Shown in pieces: positions 9,184 to 19,100 of a stretch of 32,017 nt of DNA. The notes under the pieces are model-generated. The model made no database searches and was not told the origin of the DNA. It saw only the letters and a program-made list of their open reading frames with translations. Origin of the DNA: Candidatus Diapherotrites archaeon CG10_big_fil_rev_8_21_14_0_10_31_34. Lineage in GTDB: Archaea; Iainarchaeota; Iainarchaeia; Iainarchaeales; 1-14-0-10-31-34. Within the stretch, counting starts at the first letter, position 1. Each line of letters starts with the position of its first letter. Where the stretch lies: contig PFAI01000057.1 in the NCBI GenBank assembly GCA_002763225.1, positions 10,090-42,106 on the forward strand. The letters are read 5' to 3'. The translations under genes were made by a program, and so were the position numbers.

Positions 9184-12100
9184 ATGGGGTTAAAAGATTT
9201 GTATTATGGAATGGAAGACAAATACTATGAAGTAATAGAAAAAATTAGTGAGACAATTCCAATAAACAAATTAATTGACCCGATTGATAAAATAGTTCCT
9301 TCTTTCATGGTTTTTTCTGGCTTAATAATTTTCCTGATTTTGATTGCATTAGCTTTAATGTATTCAGGAAACCTGGGAGAAGAAAAAAATTTGAGTTTTA
9401 AACTGATTGATGAAAATAAAAAAGCAATCGGAAACACTGAAATAAAAGTTTTTTTTAATGACAAAAATATAACAGTTAAAACAGATGCATTTGGGGGAAC
9501 CTCAAAAGACAAAATTGTTGTTCCATTAAATTCAACTGTAAGTTATTCAATTGACGCACAAGGGTTTCTGAAAACAAACGATCAATTCAAGTTCACTGAA
9601 GAAAAAACATATGAAATCACTTTAAAAAAAGAAACAGTTCAGGGAAAAGAAATTGAAAGAACAATCAGATTATATGACAGTTCAAACTCAACTGAATTAA
9701 TTTCAAACAGAACTTATACAATATCTTTTTCCTGCAGTAATTCAGCTGCAACCCCCCCTTCAAATATAACTATTTCAAACGGAAAAGGAACAGTATTTGA
9801 ACCAGCAAACTGCGGAATATTAACTGCAAATATTGAAGGAGACCATTCAGAATCAAAACACATTGCATTAAGCGATTTAATCAATTCAATTTACTTGGAT
9901 TCACTTGTAAGCAATTATAATTTAACAGTAAATGTAGAAAACACAGAAGGAGAAGCATTAGATGACATTAAAATAAAAATTTACAGGGTTTATGATGATA
10001 ACCCTAACCCCGTTTTTGCTGACAGTTTAATTACTTCTTATGGCAGAGCAGAATTTGAATTAGAAGCAGGCGAATATGAAATCAAAGCATTTGATGAAAT
10101 CAATGGATTGTATTACGAAAAAAGCAAAAACTTATATAATTTTTCTTCAAACCAAAGTGTCAGTCTTTCAATGGAAAGAATAGGGCCGTTAGGAGGAAAA
10201 ATTTCAATTACAGCAATAGACAAAGACACTGAATTTGAACTGCCTGAAACAAAAGTAACTTTATATGATTCAGACGGAATAATAGCTGAAGAAAGAACAA
10301 CAGATGAAACAGGAACAGTTGAATTCAATTTAAGAAACAAAGATGGATTATATGAAGCAGTATTAGACAATGAATTATATTTAGTTCAAAGAGTAACAGA
10401 ATTAGAAACAGAAAAAAGTTATACAATTGAATTAACTAAGTTTACGGGACAGAATTCAGGAGCATTAAAAGTCAGGGCAATAACTGTTTCAGGAGAAAAA
10501 GTAAAGCCAGTAAGAAATGCAATGATTGCATTATATTCAGTTGAAGATGAAGAAATATTTTTAACTGGTTTAAGCGAAAAAATAACTGATGAAAACGGCA
10601 GTGCAAAATTCCAGAGAATAGAAAACGGGAAATACAAGATTTTTGCTTACAAAGGAACTTCTTCGGGTTGGAGCGACGAAATACAATATGACAAAAGAAA
10701 TGCAAGTGAAATAGAATTAACTGCAACAATGATTATTCCAGACGGATTTATTGATTTGCAGATAGTTGACCAGGAAAACAATTCAATTCCTTTTGCTACA
10801 GTAACTTTTTTTGAAACAGGTGCAGTAAAAGAATTAAATTCATATAAAACTGATTCAGACGGAAACATTAGTTTTACAACCAAAGCAGACAAAAAAGTTT
10901 TCTTTAAAGTTAGTGCACCGGATTTCATGGATTACTATAGTTTAAGTTATCCGATTTTTGGAAACGAAACAGTTTTTAAAACAATTAAAATGATTCCGGA
11001 AAAAACAATGGACAAACCAGAAATAAATTTAACTGGATTATTTACTGACGGACAAGAATTAAGTGAAGCAAGTTCATTAGAAAGAGGACAAGAATACACT
11101 GCAAAACTTCAGTTAATTATTCCAAAAAACAAGAATTATGATTCAGCTGGAATTCATTTCAGAGTAGGAAACGATGTTTATATGGAAAACGATTTGCTGT
11201 TAATTAAAACAATTAATGCAGCAAACGCAGTAACAGAAAAATACACTATGTTTGATTCAGGCAATTTAAATGACTCAAAAAAAAGCCAGACCCAAGGAGA
11301 CGCAAAATGGTTTAACTCTTACTGGTTTGTTCCAAAACCAGGAGTATATAATATTGAAACAGTAATTTTTGTAAAAGAAAATGCTTTAGTCGGACAAGAA
11401 CTGAATTTAAAGTTCAGGGCATATGGAAAAACAGGCGGAAAATATGACAGAGACCCTGAAGACGTTGAAGTAAGCTATTCAGAAGAATTAAATGCCGCAA
11501 CAAAAACAAAAACTTATACAATTGGAACAAATGTTTTGTGTTCAGAAAACTTTTGTTTTACTGCAAGAATTAAAGACAAAGAAGAAGACTTAATTGAAAG
11601 TGTTACAAACTCATCTTATTCAACAAAGATTTTACGGGAATATGAATTATGGTTTGACATAATGAACAATAATGAAACAAGAAAGCATTATGAAGCAAGA
11701 ATCCAGTTAAGCAATGAAAACGAAATGCTGAATTTTACTAATTATGAAATAAAGAATGCAGATGCTTTAACAAAAAAAGGTTTTGCTGATGCAACAGAAA
11801 CAAAATGGATTGAATTAGGAGACTTTGATCCAAACACTCATGTAACAGGAACAGTTAATTTTATTACACAAAAAGCAGAACCAGGAAGCATTTTAATCCA
11901 GATTGTTTCAAGCCAGGAAATAGTGTTTGAAAAAGACATTTCTTTAGATGTTAAAGCCCCAAAAACTTTTTCAATGGAAATTAAACCAGAAATAATTCCT
12001 GCTATAACACCAAACACAGTTGAATTCAATGTAACTGATGAAGAAACAGGAATTGAAGTAGAAAACGCTGAAATAAAAGTTTTAGACAGATTTAATGACT

Positions 12101-15100
12101 TGATTGCAGGACCAATAATGACAAACAAAACAGGAAAAGCAATACTGGTAATTCCAGGACAGGCTCCAGACACAACACTAACTATTAGAGCATCAAAAAA
12201 AGAGTTTGAAGTATTAGAACAAGAATTACCAGTTAGTGGAAAAATAGTTGAAATTACCCCGGAAAAAATAGGGTTATTATTAAACACCCAAAAAAATCCT
12301 TCAGATATTTTTGGATTAAAAATAAAAAATTTACTGGACTTTGATTTAGAATTAACTTCAATTAAATTCACAGGAAATCCAAGAGGACTGCTTGACTTGG
12401 ATGCAATGGAAGCATGGGCTGAAACAAACCACGGAAACAAAATAATTCCATCAAAATTATTTGAAGAAATTGAAATAAAAGCAATTTTAACTGATTATGC
12501 AATTGAAAGAGGAGAAAGAGATATAGTTGACTTAACATTAGAATTAGAGTTTTCTAACGGAGAAGCAGTTTGGACAGAAGAAATTCCTGCAAGAATTTCA
12601 ATCGGAGTAGGCGGAGAAGTAGATGATCCAAATTGTTTAAGCCTTGAAACAAAAGAATGGAAAACAGGAACAGAAGGACAAAAAGTGCAAGTGGATTTAT
12701 CAATTGAAAACTCTTGTACAATAGACGGAAAACCTGTTGACTTAAAAGATTTGGAAGCAAAAGTTAACTGGAAAACAAATCATGTTGGAAGATATTCTTT
12801 GGCTTTTGAAGACACTGCAATTGAATTAAGGTCAGCTTACTACAGAAAAATGGATTCAACAATAAAAAACGGAATAAGCACTGCAGTACTGTCTTTTGAG
12901 CCAAACGGAGGAGTAAACGGAGAAGCAATAGCAGACATTGAATTAAGGGCAAGAAATGAATTAGAAGGAAAAGACGAATTTATTTCAGATGTAATTTCCA
13001 CTGAAATAAAAATAATTAATTTAGAAGACTGCATTAAAATTTCTCCAACAGAATTAAAAATCAGAAAAGGAGAAACAGCTGCATTTAAAGTTGAAACACT
13101 TGGATGCGGAAGTACAATTGAATTTACTTTAAACCCTGAAGTAAAAGTCAGCCAGGAAAGATTTTCTTTAGGAAGCCAGGCAAGCCAGGAAATAATAGTT
13201 GATTCAGCAGGAGAATACTCCGGAAGATTCTTGATTGGAGTACAGGCAAAAGGAAATGAATTGCAGACAAAAAACGAACTGCTAAATGTGTTTGTAACAA
13301 TATTTGAAGATTCTTGTGTAGAGTTAAGCAGATATGAATTTGATATTTATGATGACCCAAATCAGTTGTATGACGGTTATGATACAGCACAATTATTTAA
13401 CAGATGCCCGGAAAAATTAGTTGACATAACAGTTGACATGCAGGACTGGAGTTTAGCAATGAGAAAAGCATTGCTTCCGACAGTAATTGCTTTTGGGGCA
13501 ACAACGGTTTTTGGCGGAGACGAAGAAAAAAACAATGAGTTATCACAAACTACAGTTAAAATCCCAAAACCAGTTGAAATGAATGACTATGATATGGATT
13601 CTGAAGACCCAATGCAAATAAAATATAATGAAACTCCTGCAGAAGTCAGCAGCCAGCAAAGCCAGCCAATTAACAAAGGAGCATTTGGATGGATCAGAGA
13701 AAATTCCAAAGCACAAAAACAGGAATTAATTATTACTGAAGGAATTAATGACAAACCAACAGTAGCAGAAAATAATGATAATGAACCAATAATTGTAGAA
13801 GAAGTTGGAGAAACTGTTTCTGCAAAAGAATCAATTCCTGCAACAGGAATGTCAATTATTCCGGGGTTAGACGGAATAAATAACCTGCTTGGATTAGGAA
13901 ATTTGCTTCCAAGCATTTTTGGAAATATTAATCCTTTCACTGCATTTGGATTGACTTTTGTCGGAGCAACCTTATACAATTACTTTGAAGCAGACACAAT
14001 AAGCATAACAGGAATTCCAGTTGAAGACATTGTAGTAATGGACTTAAAATTATTAGACGGAATAGCTTATGCTAATGAAAAAATTGAAGTGGAAGAAACA
14101 GGCATTACAATGAATTTAGACGGCCCGTTTTCCTGCTTTGACTCTTTAACAGGAGAAGTAATTGACTGCTGGGACATAACTTTTGTAAACACAACAGGAT
14201 TAATTCAGGAAAATGAAAACACTCCGATAATGAAAATACTTAAAACAGAGTCAATAGAAAAATTCTGGAAAAAAGATTATGACGCAGACTACTTTAATGA
14301 AAACAAAAACTTTTTTGAAAAACTATTGCAGGGAACAGAAATGAATTATGAAAAGCCATTAGAAGAATTAACTGAAAAAAGAAATGAAATCAATCAATAT
14401 AACAGGCTACAGTTTAATTCATGGAAATACACAGACGATATAACCGGAGACCAAGGCTATGGTTCCTGCAGATTAGGAGAGCTAAACGGGGAAACAGGAG
14501 AACAAGCCCTGCCAAAAATTAAATTAGACTGGAGATGGAATAAAATTGATTCAGATCAATGCGACCAGGGAAACTCAGATTACATTTACTGTGATGCAAC
14601 ACAATTCTCAATTGAATTATTAAAGAAAATAAATGAATTAACTGATTTATTGGAACAAGAACAATTGATTTGTTCAGATGACTGCTCTACTTTGAATGTT
14701 TCTTCTTTAATCCAGAAAACAGAAGAAGAAAGAGGGGCAACAGCAAACAAAGAAAAAATAACTGAATTAATTAATTTCAGGTCTTATTTAATCCAAGACG
14801 GTTATTCAACTGACTTCCAAGAAGACTTCCATGATTACGCAGTAAATGAAGCCTTTTTTGAAACTCCAATTTATTATTATTCACCAGAAGAAAATGATAA
14901 ACTAGGAGAATACTTTAAAGACAAAGAATTATTTGACTTTGAATATGACGGAAGCCCTAATGCGCCATTGTCTGCTCCTGGGTTATATAAAGTGTTTATT
15001 GAAATTGAATACAATGATAATTCATGGAAACTATTTAAGGGAAGCAATCCAAATGCAAAAATAATTATTAGATTAGATAAATTAGAAGCAGCAAAACCAA

Positions 15101-16020
15101 CTTCGCCGTTATACTATTTGCCGTTTGACGGAGAAATAGGAATTAACACTAGCAATGGAAGAATTGATTATGGAATAGACTATGTAAACAAAGTCGGGGG
15201 AGAAATAAACATTAATGATACTAAAAGAGCAATAACTACAACTCCAATTCCTGTTGCAGTTCCAATCCAGACACTTGAAACATATTATGAAACAGACTTC
15301 AAAAAAACAAATATAGACCAAAGAGGAAAAATAATGGAATTCCAGAGAAAAGCAAATTCAACTACCTTAATTTACAGTCCCTCAAAGCCAACTCCAGTAT
15401 TGCTTGAAACAAGAAGAACAAATGAAACAGCACAAGAAACAGAATACGTGTTTTATGAAATAACAGTTAACGGACAAGCACAAAATACAGGAAGCAATGG
15501 AATAACCAAATGGACTGGAATAGACCCAAACTGCAGAGACTTTGAAGACAAGAGTTCATTGAAATACCAGGAAACACTAGACATTCATGGATTAAGCAAT
15601 GAAGCAAAAAATGGAGTAATAACAGGAGACAAAGCTTTTGCTTACGGCTGGGTATGGAGTAATCCAATTAAAACAGGAAAATTCTGGCTGGAAACCTTGA
15701 TTTTCAGTCCACTTGATTCAGTTACAAACATGTATTTAGTCAGCTCAAGCAACAAAGTAATATTATATACTCCAATCAATGAAACAACAATTGAAGGAAA
15801 TTCAAACGGAACAAACTTTGTTCCATTAAACGGAGTTCTTTCAACCAAAATAACTTCATTACAAAAAATATTAGACTTAGTTAAAACAGAAGATATTTGT
15901 GTTGGCGGACTGGATAATTCTTCTTACACTTACTTTTTCTGGAATCCAGAAAAAGTTGATGACCCAATAAACGAAAAAAAACAGGGGTTAGATGCAGCAG
16001 AACAATGCATTAAATCTTAA
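9184..16020 (+). CDS. Giant membrane-anchored surface protein, paralog 2 (2278 aa)
   Basis: ATG at 9184 lies 10 nt after the giant 1 stop, with aggtgat (9174-9180) 3 nt upstream, which suggests co-transcription or coupling. It has the same architecture as paralog 1: leader MGLKDLYYGMEDKYY...VPSF, a TM helix, beta-sandwich repeats (about nt 9391-11000), LCSENFC, GGEVDDPNC, KLDWRW...YCDATQ and LPFDGEIG. It also has two weakly hydrophobic internal segments (about 13468-13518 and 13849-13982) that flank an acidic/polar linker. Confidence 0.9.
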   Translation: MGLKDLYYGMEDKYYEVIEKISETIPINKLIDPIDKIVPSFMVFSGLIIFLILIALALMYSGNLGEEKNLSFKLIDENKKAIGNTEIKVFFNDKNITVKTDAFGGTSKDKIVVPLNSTVSYSIDAQGFLKTNDQFKFTEEKTYEITLKKETVQGKEIERTIRLYDSSNSTELISNRTYTISFSCSNSAATPPSNITISNGKGTVFEPANCGILTANIEGDHSESKHIALSDLINSIYLDSLVSNYNLTVNVENTEGEALDDIKIKIYRVYDDNPNPVFADSLITSYGRAEFELEAGEYEIKAFDEINGLYYEKSKNLYNFSSNQSVSLSMERIGPLGGKISITAIDKDTEFELPETKVTLYDSDGIIAEERTTDETGTVEFNLRNKDGLYEAVLDNELYLVQRVTELETEKSYTIELTKFTGQNSGALKVRAITVSGEKVKPVRNAMIALYSVEDEEIFLTGLSEKITDENGSAKFQRIENGKYKIFAYKGTSSGWSDEIQYDKRNASEIELTATMIIPDGFIDLQIVDQENNSIPFATVTFFETGAVKELNSYKTDSDGNISFTTKADKKVFFKVSAPDFMDYYSLSYPIFGNETVFKTIKMIPEKTMDKPEINLTGLFTDGQELSEASSLERGQEYTAKLQLIIPKNKNYDSAGIHFRVGNDVYMENDLLLIKTINAANAVTEKYTMFDSGNLNDSKKSQTQGDAKWFNSYWFVPKPGVYNIETVIFVKENALVGQELNLKFRAYGKTGGKYDRDPEDVEVSYSEELNAATKTKTYTIGTNVLCSENFCFTARIKDKEEDLIESVTNSSYSTKILREYELWFDIMNNNETRKHYEARIQLSNENEMLNFTNYEIKNADALTKKGFADATETKWIELGDFDPNTHVTGTVNFITQKAEPGSILIQIVSSQEIVFEKDISLDVKAPKTFSMEIKPEIIPAITPNTVEFNVTDEETGIEVENAEIKVLDRFNDLIAGPIMTNKTGKAILVIPGQAPDTTLTIRASKKEFEVLEQELPVSGKIVEITPEKIGLLLNTQKNPSDIFGLKIKNLLDFDLELTSIKFTGNPRGLLDLDAMEAWAETNHGNKIIPSKLFEEIEIKAILTDYAIERGERDIVDLTLELEFSNGEAVWTEEIPARISIGVGGEVDDPNCLSLETKEWKTGTEGQKVQVDLSIENSCTIDGKPVDLKDLEAKVNWKTNHVGRYSLAFEDTAIELRSAYYRKMDSTIKNGISTAVLSFEPNGGVNGEAIADIELRARNELEGKDEFISDVISTEIKIINLEDCIKISPTELKIRKGETAAFKVETLGCGSTIEFTLNPEVKVSQERFSLGSQASQEIIVDSAGEYSGRFLIGVQAKGNELQTKNELLNVFVTIFEDSCVELSRYEFDIYDDPNQLYDGYDTAQLFNRCPEKLVDITVDMQDWSLAMRKALLPTVIAFGATTVFGGDEEKNNELSQTTVKIPKPVEMNDYDMDSEDPMQIKYNETPAEVSSQQSQPINKGAFGWIRENSKAQKQELIITEGINDKPTVAENNDNEPIIVEEVGETVSAKESIPATGMSIIPGLDGINNLLGLGNLLPSIFGNINPFTAFGLTFVGATLYNYFEADTISITGIPVEDIVVMDLKLLDGIAYANEKIEVEETGITMNLDGPFSCFDSLTGEVIDCWDITFVNTTGLIQENENTPIMKILKTESIEKFWKKDYDADYFNENKNFFEKLLQGTEMNYEKPLEELTEKRNEINQYNRLQFNSWKYTDDITGDQGYGSCRLGELNGETGEQALPKIKLDWRWNKIDSDQCDQGNSDYIYCDATQFSIELLKKINELTDLLEQEQLICSDDCSTLNVSSLIQKTEEERGATANKEKITELINFRSYLIQDGYSTDFQEDFHDYAVNEAFFETPIYYYSPEENDKLGEYFKDKELFDFEYDGSPNAPLSAPGLYKVFIEIEYNDNSWKLFKGSNPNAKIIIRLDKLEAAKPTSPLYYLPFDGEIGINTSNGRIDYGIDYVNKVGGEININDTKRAITTTPIPVAVPIQTLETYYETDFKKTNIDQRGKIMEFQRKANSTTLIYSPSKPTPVLLETRRTNETAQETEYVFYEITVNGQAQNTGSNGITKWTGIDPNCRDFEDKSSLKYQETLDIHGLSNEAKNGVITGDKAFAYGWVWSNPIKTGKFWLETLIFSPLDSVTNMYLVSSSNKVILYTPINETTIEGNSNGTNFVPLNGVLSTKITSLQKILDLVKTEDICVGGLDNSSYTYFFWNPEKVDDPINEKKQGLDAAEQCIKS

Positions 16021-16028
16021 AGACACAC

Positions 16029-16062
16029 AAACAATTAAATAGGAATAAAAATATATTATTCC
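16029..16062 (+). promoter_or_regulatory. Shared 13-mer aaacaattaaata followed by the palindrome ggaataa-N7-ttattcc with a TATA-like loop; candidate promoter and/or terminator between giant genes 2 and 3
   Basis: Read directly: 16029-16041 equals 1574-1586. The segment 16042-16062, ggaataaaaatatattattcc, has a 7-bp perfect inverted repeat around aaatata. It sits in the 88-nt gap upstream of the giant 3 start. The function is not demonstrable from sequence alone. Confidence 0.3.
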
Positions 16063-16108
16063 TTACTTAAAAGAGAAATTATACATTAAAAATAAGAGGG
16101 GAATTTAA

Positions 16109-19100
16109 TTGGGTTTAAAAGATATTTATAATTCAGCTGAAGACAAATACTATGAAATAATTGACTCAATAGATAAAACCATTCCAATAACAAAAATAAC
16201 TGATGCAATTGATTCAGTTGTTCCTTCTTTTGCTTTATTGCTGGTTTTGATTGTTTTAGTTCTAGGATTTTTATTATGGCCAGTAATTTTTCCTGCAGAA
16301 ACAATTTCATACAAAATAACAGTTGAAGATGAAAACGGAAATTTTTTAGAAGGAATAAACGCAAGCATTACTCCGGCTGAAACAGGAAAAGGAGATTTAA
16401 TGCAGGGAATATTTACAACAAATGAAAAAGGGGAAATAAATTCAACTGCAAGAAAAGGAACAGAAATAATAATTGAAATAAAAAATTCAGGGTATGAAGA
16501 AGAAAAAAGAAATGCAATAATAGAAGAACAAAATCAAAAAATTATTTTTAAATTAAAAAAACTTGTTTCAGAAGAGCCGGCTGAAGCAACACTAAGGTTT
16601 ACTGATTCAGGAGGCCAAAGAATTACAGGAAAAGAAATTACAGTTAAATTAAGCTGTAGAAATTCATCTGTTGTTCCTTCTCCTTCAATTGTACGGGATT
16701 CAGATAAAGACGGAGAAATAATTGTTCCAATTCCAAAAGACTGCGATAAATTAATGGTTGACTCAGTTGAAGTGCTGGGATTTGAAGAATGGAACGGAAT
16801 GGTTAACGGAGCAGTATTATCCATTAAATTAGATTCAATTTCAGAGGAAACAGACAATGAATTAACCGGAGACTTAAGAGTTGTAGTGCAGGATTCAGAT
16901 GGAAATCCATTAGACGGAATAAAAGTAAATTTAATGAAAGGCAATTCAACAATAAAACAAGAATACAGTGATTCAGGAGAAGTGCAGTTTATTGGAGTAT
17001 TAATCGGAGAATATGATTTAGTTTTACAGGATTCAGAAAACAATTATGCAATAAAAAAAGTTTATTCAGTTGAAATCTATAATCAAACTGTAACAAAAGA
17101 AATAGTTGAAATGAAGTTAACCCAAAAAGGAACACTAAAAGTAACAGTAAAAGATATTGATACAGGAACAAGAATAGAAAACGCAGAAGTATTAATTACA
17201 GGTAATGCAGGAGAAATACTTGGAGAAGAAAACACAGGAGAAGACGGGTTAACAGTAGAGTTTGCCTTGTTTTCTGACGAAGAAATAACTATTATTGTAA
17301 GACACGAAGATTACCTGCCTGAAACAACAGTAATAGAAGAGATTTCAAAAGATGGAACAGAAATAACGATTGAACTGGAAAAAATCACTTCAGCTAACAG
17401 CGGAAAACTAAATATAACTTTAGTTGACGAAGAAAACAAAAAAGTAGCTAATGCAAGAGTAATGATTTTAAATGAAGACAAAAGCTTTGCAACACAATAC
17501 CCTGAAAAGTTTTCTGATGCAAAAGGAGATGTAAATTATTCAGGAATAAAAGAAGGAAGTTATATTGTAAGGGCAGAAAAATTTCCTGCTTCAGCTCAAT
17601 CAGATTTATTTGAAATAAATTTAACTGAAATAACTTCAATGACAGTAAAAATGACAATAGGAAATGCAAAAATCCATTTAAAAACAATTGATAATGAAGG
17701 AAATCCAATTCCATTTACCAGAGTAAAAGTTAAAAGTCTGGATAAAGAAAACGAATATCCTTTAGATGAAAAAGGAGAAACAGAATTATTAATTAAAGCA
17801 GACAAAAGAGTTTTCTTTGAATTTTATGACCCAGAAGACAATTATGCAAAATATACTACAAAAGAATATCAGTTGTTTCCAGAAGAAATTAAGCCGGAAG
17901 GATATGAAATTGTCGGAGTAATGAGCGAACAAATTGCAGGACAAGGATTATGGGTTGAACTAAAAGGAGTTTATTCAGATGGAATAAAACAAGATGTTTT
18001 AGTCGGCGGAAGACCTTATATTGCAGTATTTGAATTATTTGTTCCAACAGATGAAAGCTTTGATTCAGCAGGAATTCATGTAAGAGTAGGAGAAGACTCT
18101 CATGTTTTTATGGAAAACGACATTGTTTCAATTAGAAAAATTAATGCACCAGACGCAACAAAAATAAAAGGAAAAACATGGAATCCTGTTAAAGGAGAAG
18201 ACATTGATTTGGATGTAGATAATTCGGCTTCATCTAATGCAGAAGGAAAATGGGCTAATATTGTCTGGGATAAAGTCCAGCCAGGAAGATATCAAGCAGA
18301 AGTTGAAATAAAAATAAATGAACAGGCAACTGATTCAGATGAAATTTCAATTAAATACAGGGCATGGGGAAAAGGACAAGGATATTATTATTTCCCTGCA
18401 GACAATGACCTTGGAGCAACAAAACAAATGCTTTATGCAGAAACACTTGAAACAGTATTTAATGCAGCAGAAGAAATTCCAATCTGCGAAGAAAATAATT
18501 TATGTATGTCAGGACAAATACTACTTGATTTAGAAGAAGAACCTTTTATTACACAAAAAAAACTGCCGTTTAAAACAAAAACATTTGGAACATATGAGTA
18601 TGAATTCAAAATAGCAAACAATTCACTGTCAACTTATGATGAACCAGAAATATGGATTAAATTAATTGACCCAACAGAAAACAACGGGCAGTATGTTGAA
18701 ACAAAAAAAGCAGAAATAGCTTATTATGAAATTAAAAGAGCTGACGGAACAATCATAAAAAACACTGAATTAAATGACACTTCAACTCAGGGAATTGAAC
18801 TAGGAAAATTCATGGACCAGTCAGTAATAGAAGGAACAATTGGAATAAAAACAAAAAATGCCGGAAGCATTTATGCAAATGTTTCAATAATAGAAAAAAC
18901 AAATAAAGGCTCAAATGAAATTTTTAATAATGAACAAAAAACACAAATTAAAATAAGTTCAGAAAAAGAATTAGTTATTACAGCAAAACCAGAGTTTGTT
19001 CCTGCATGGGTTGAAACTCCAATTGAAATCACAGTAAAAGATGATGAAGGAATTGAAGTGGAAAACGCTTTAATTACTTTTAGTGTAATTGAAAGTGAAA

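Noticed and set aside
11838-12440. Long antisense ORFs inside the giant genes, for example 11838..12440 (200 aa), 7511..8086 (191 aa), 16534..17043 (169 aa), 4112..4504, 13587..13979 and 20461..20826, all on the minus strand.
   Set aside because: The sense strand is strongly purine/A-rich, so the complement is T-rich and naturally poor in stop codons. The translations are low-complexity Phe/Ser/Leu/Ile strings with no start context. All of them lie wholly inside well-supported paralogous ORFs.
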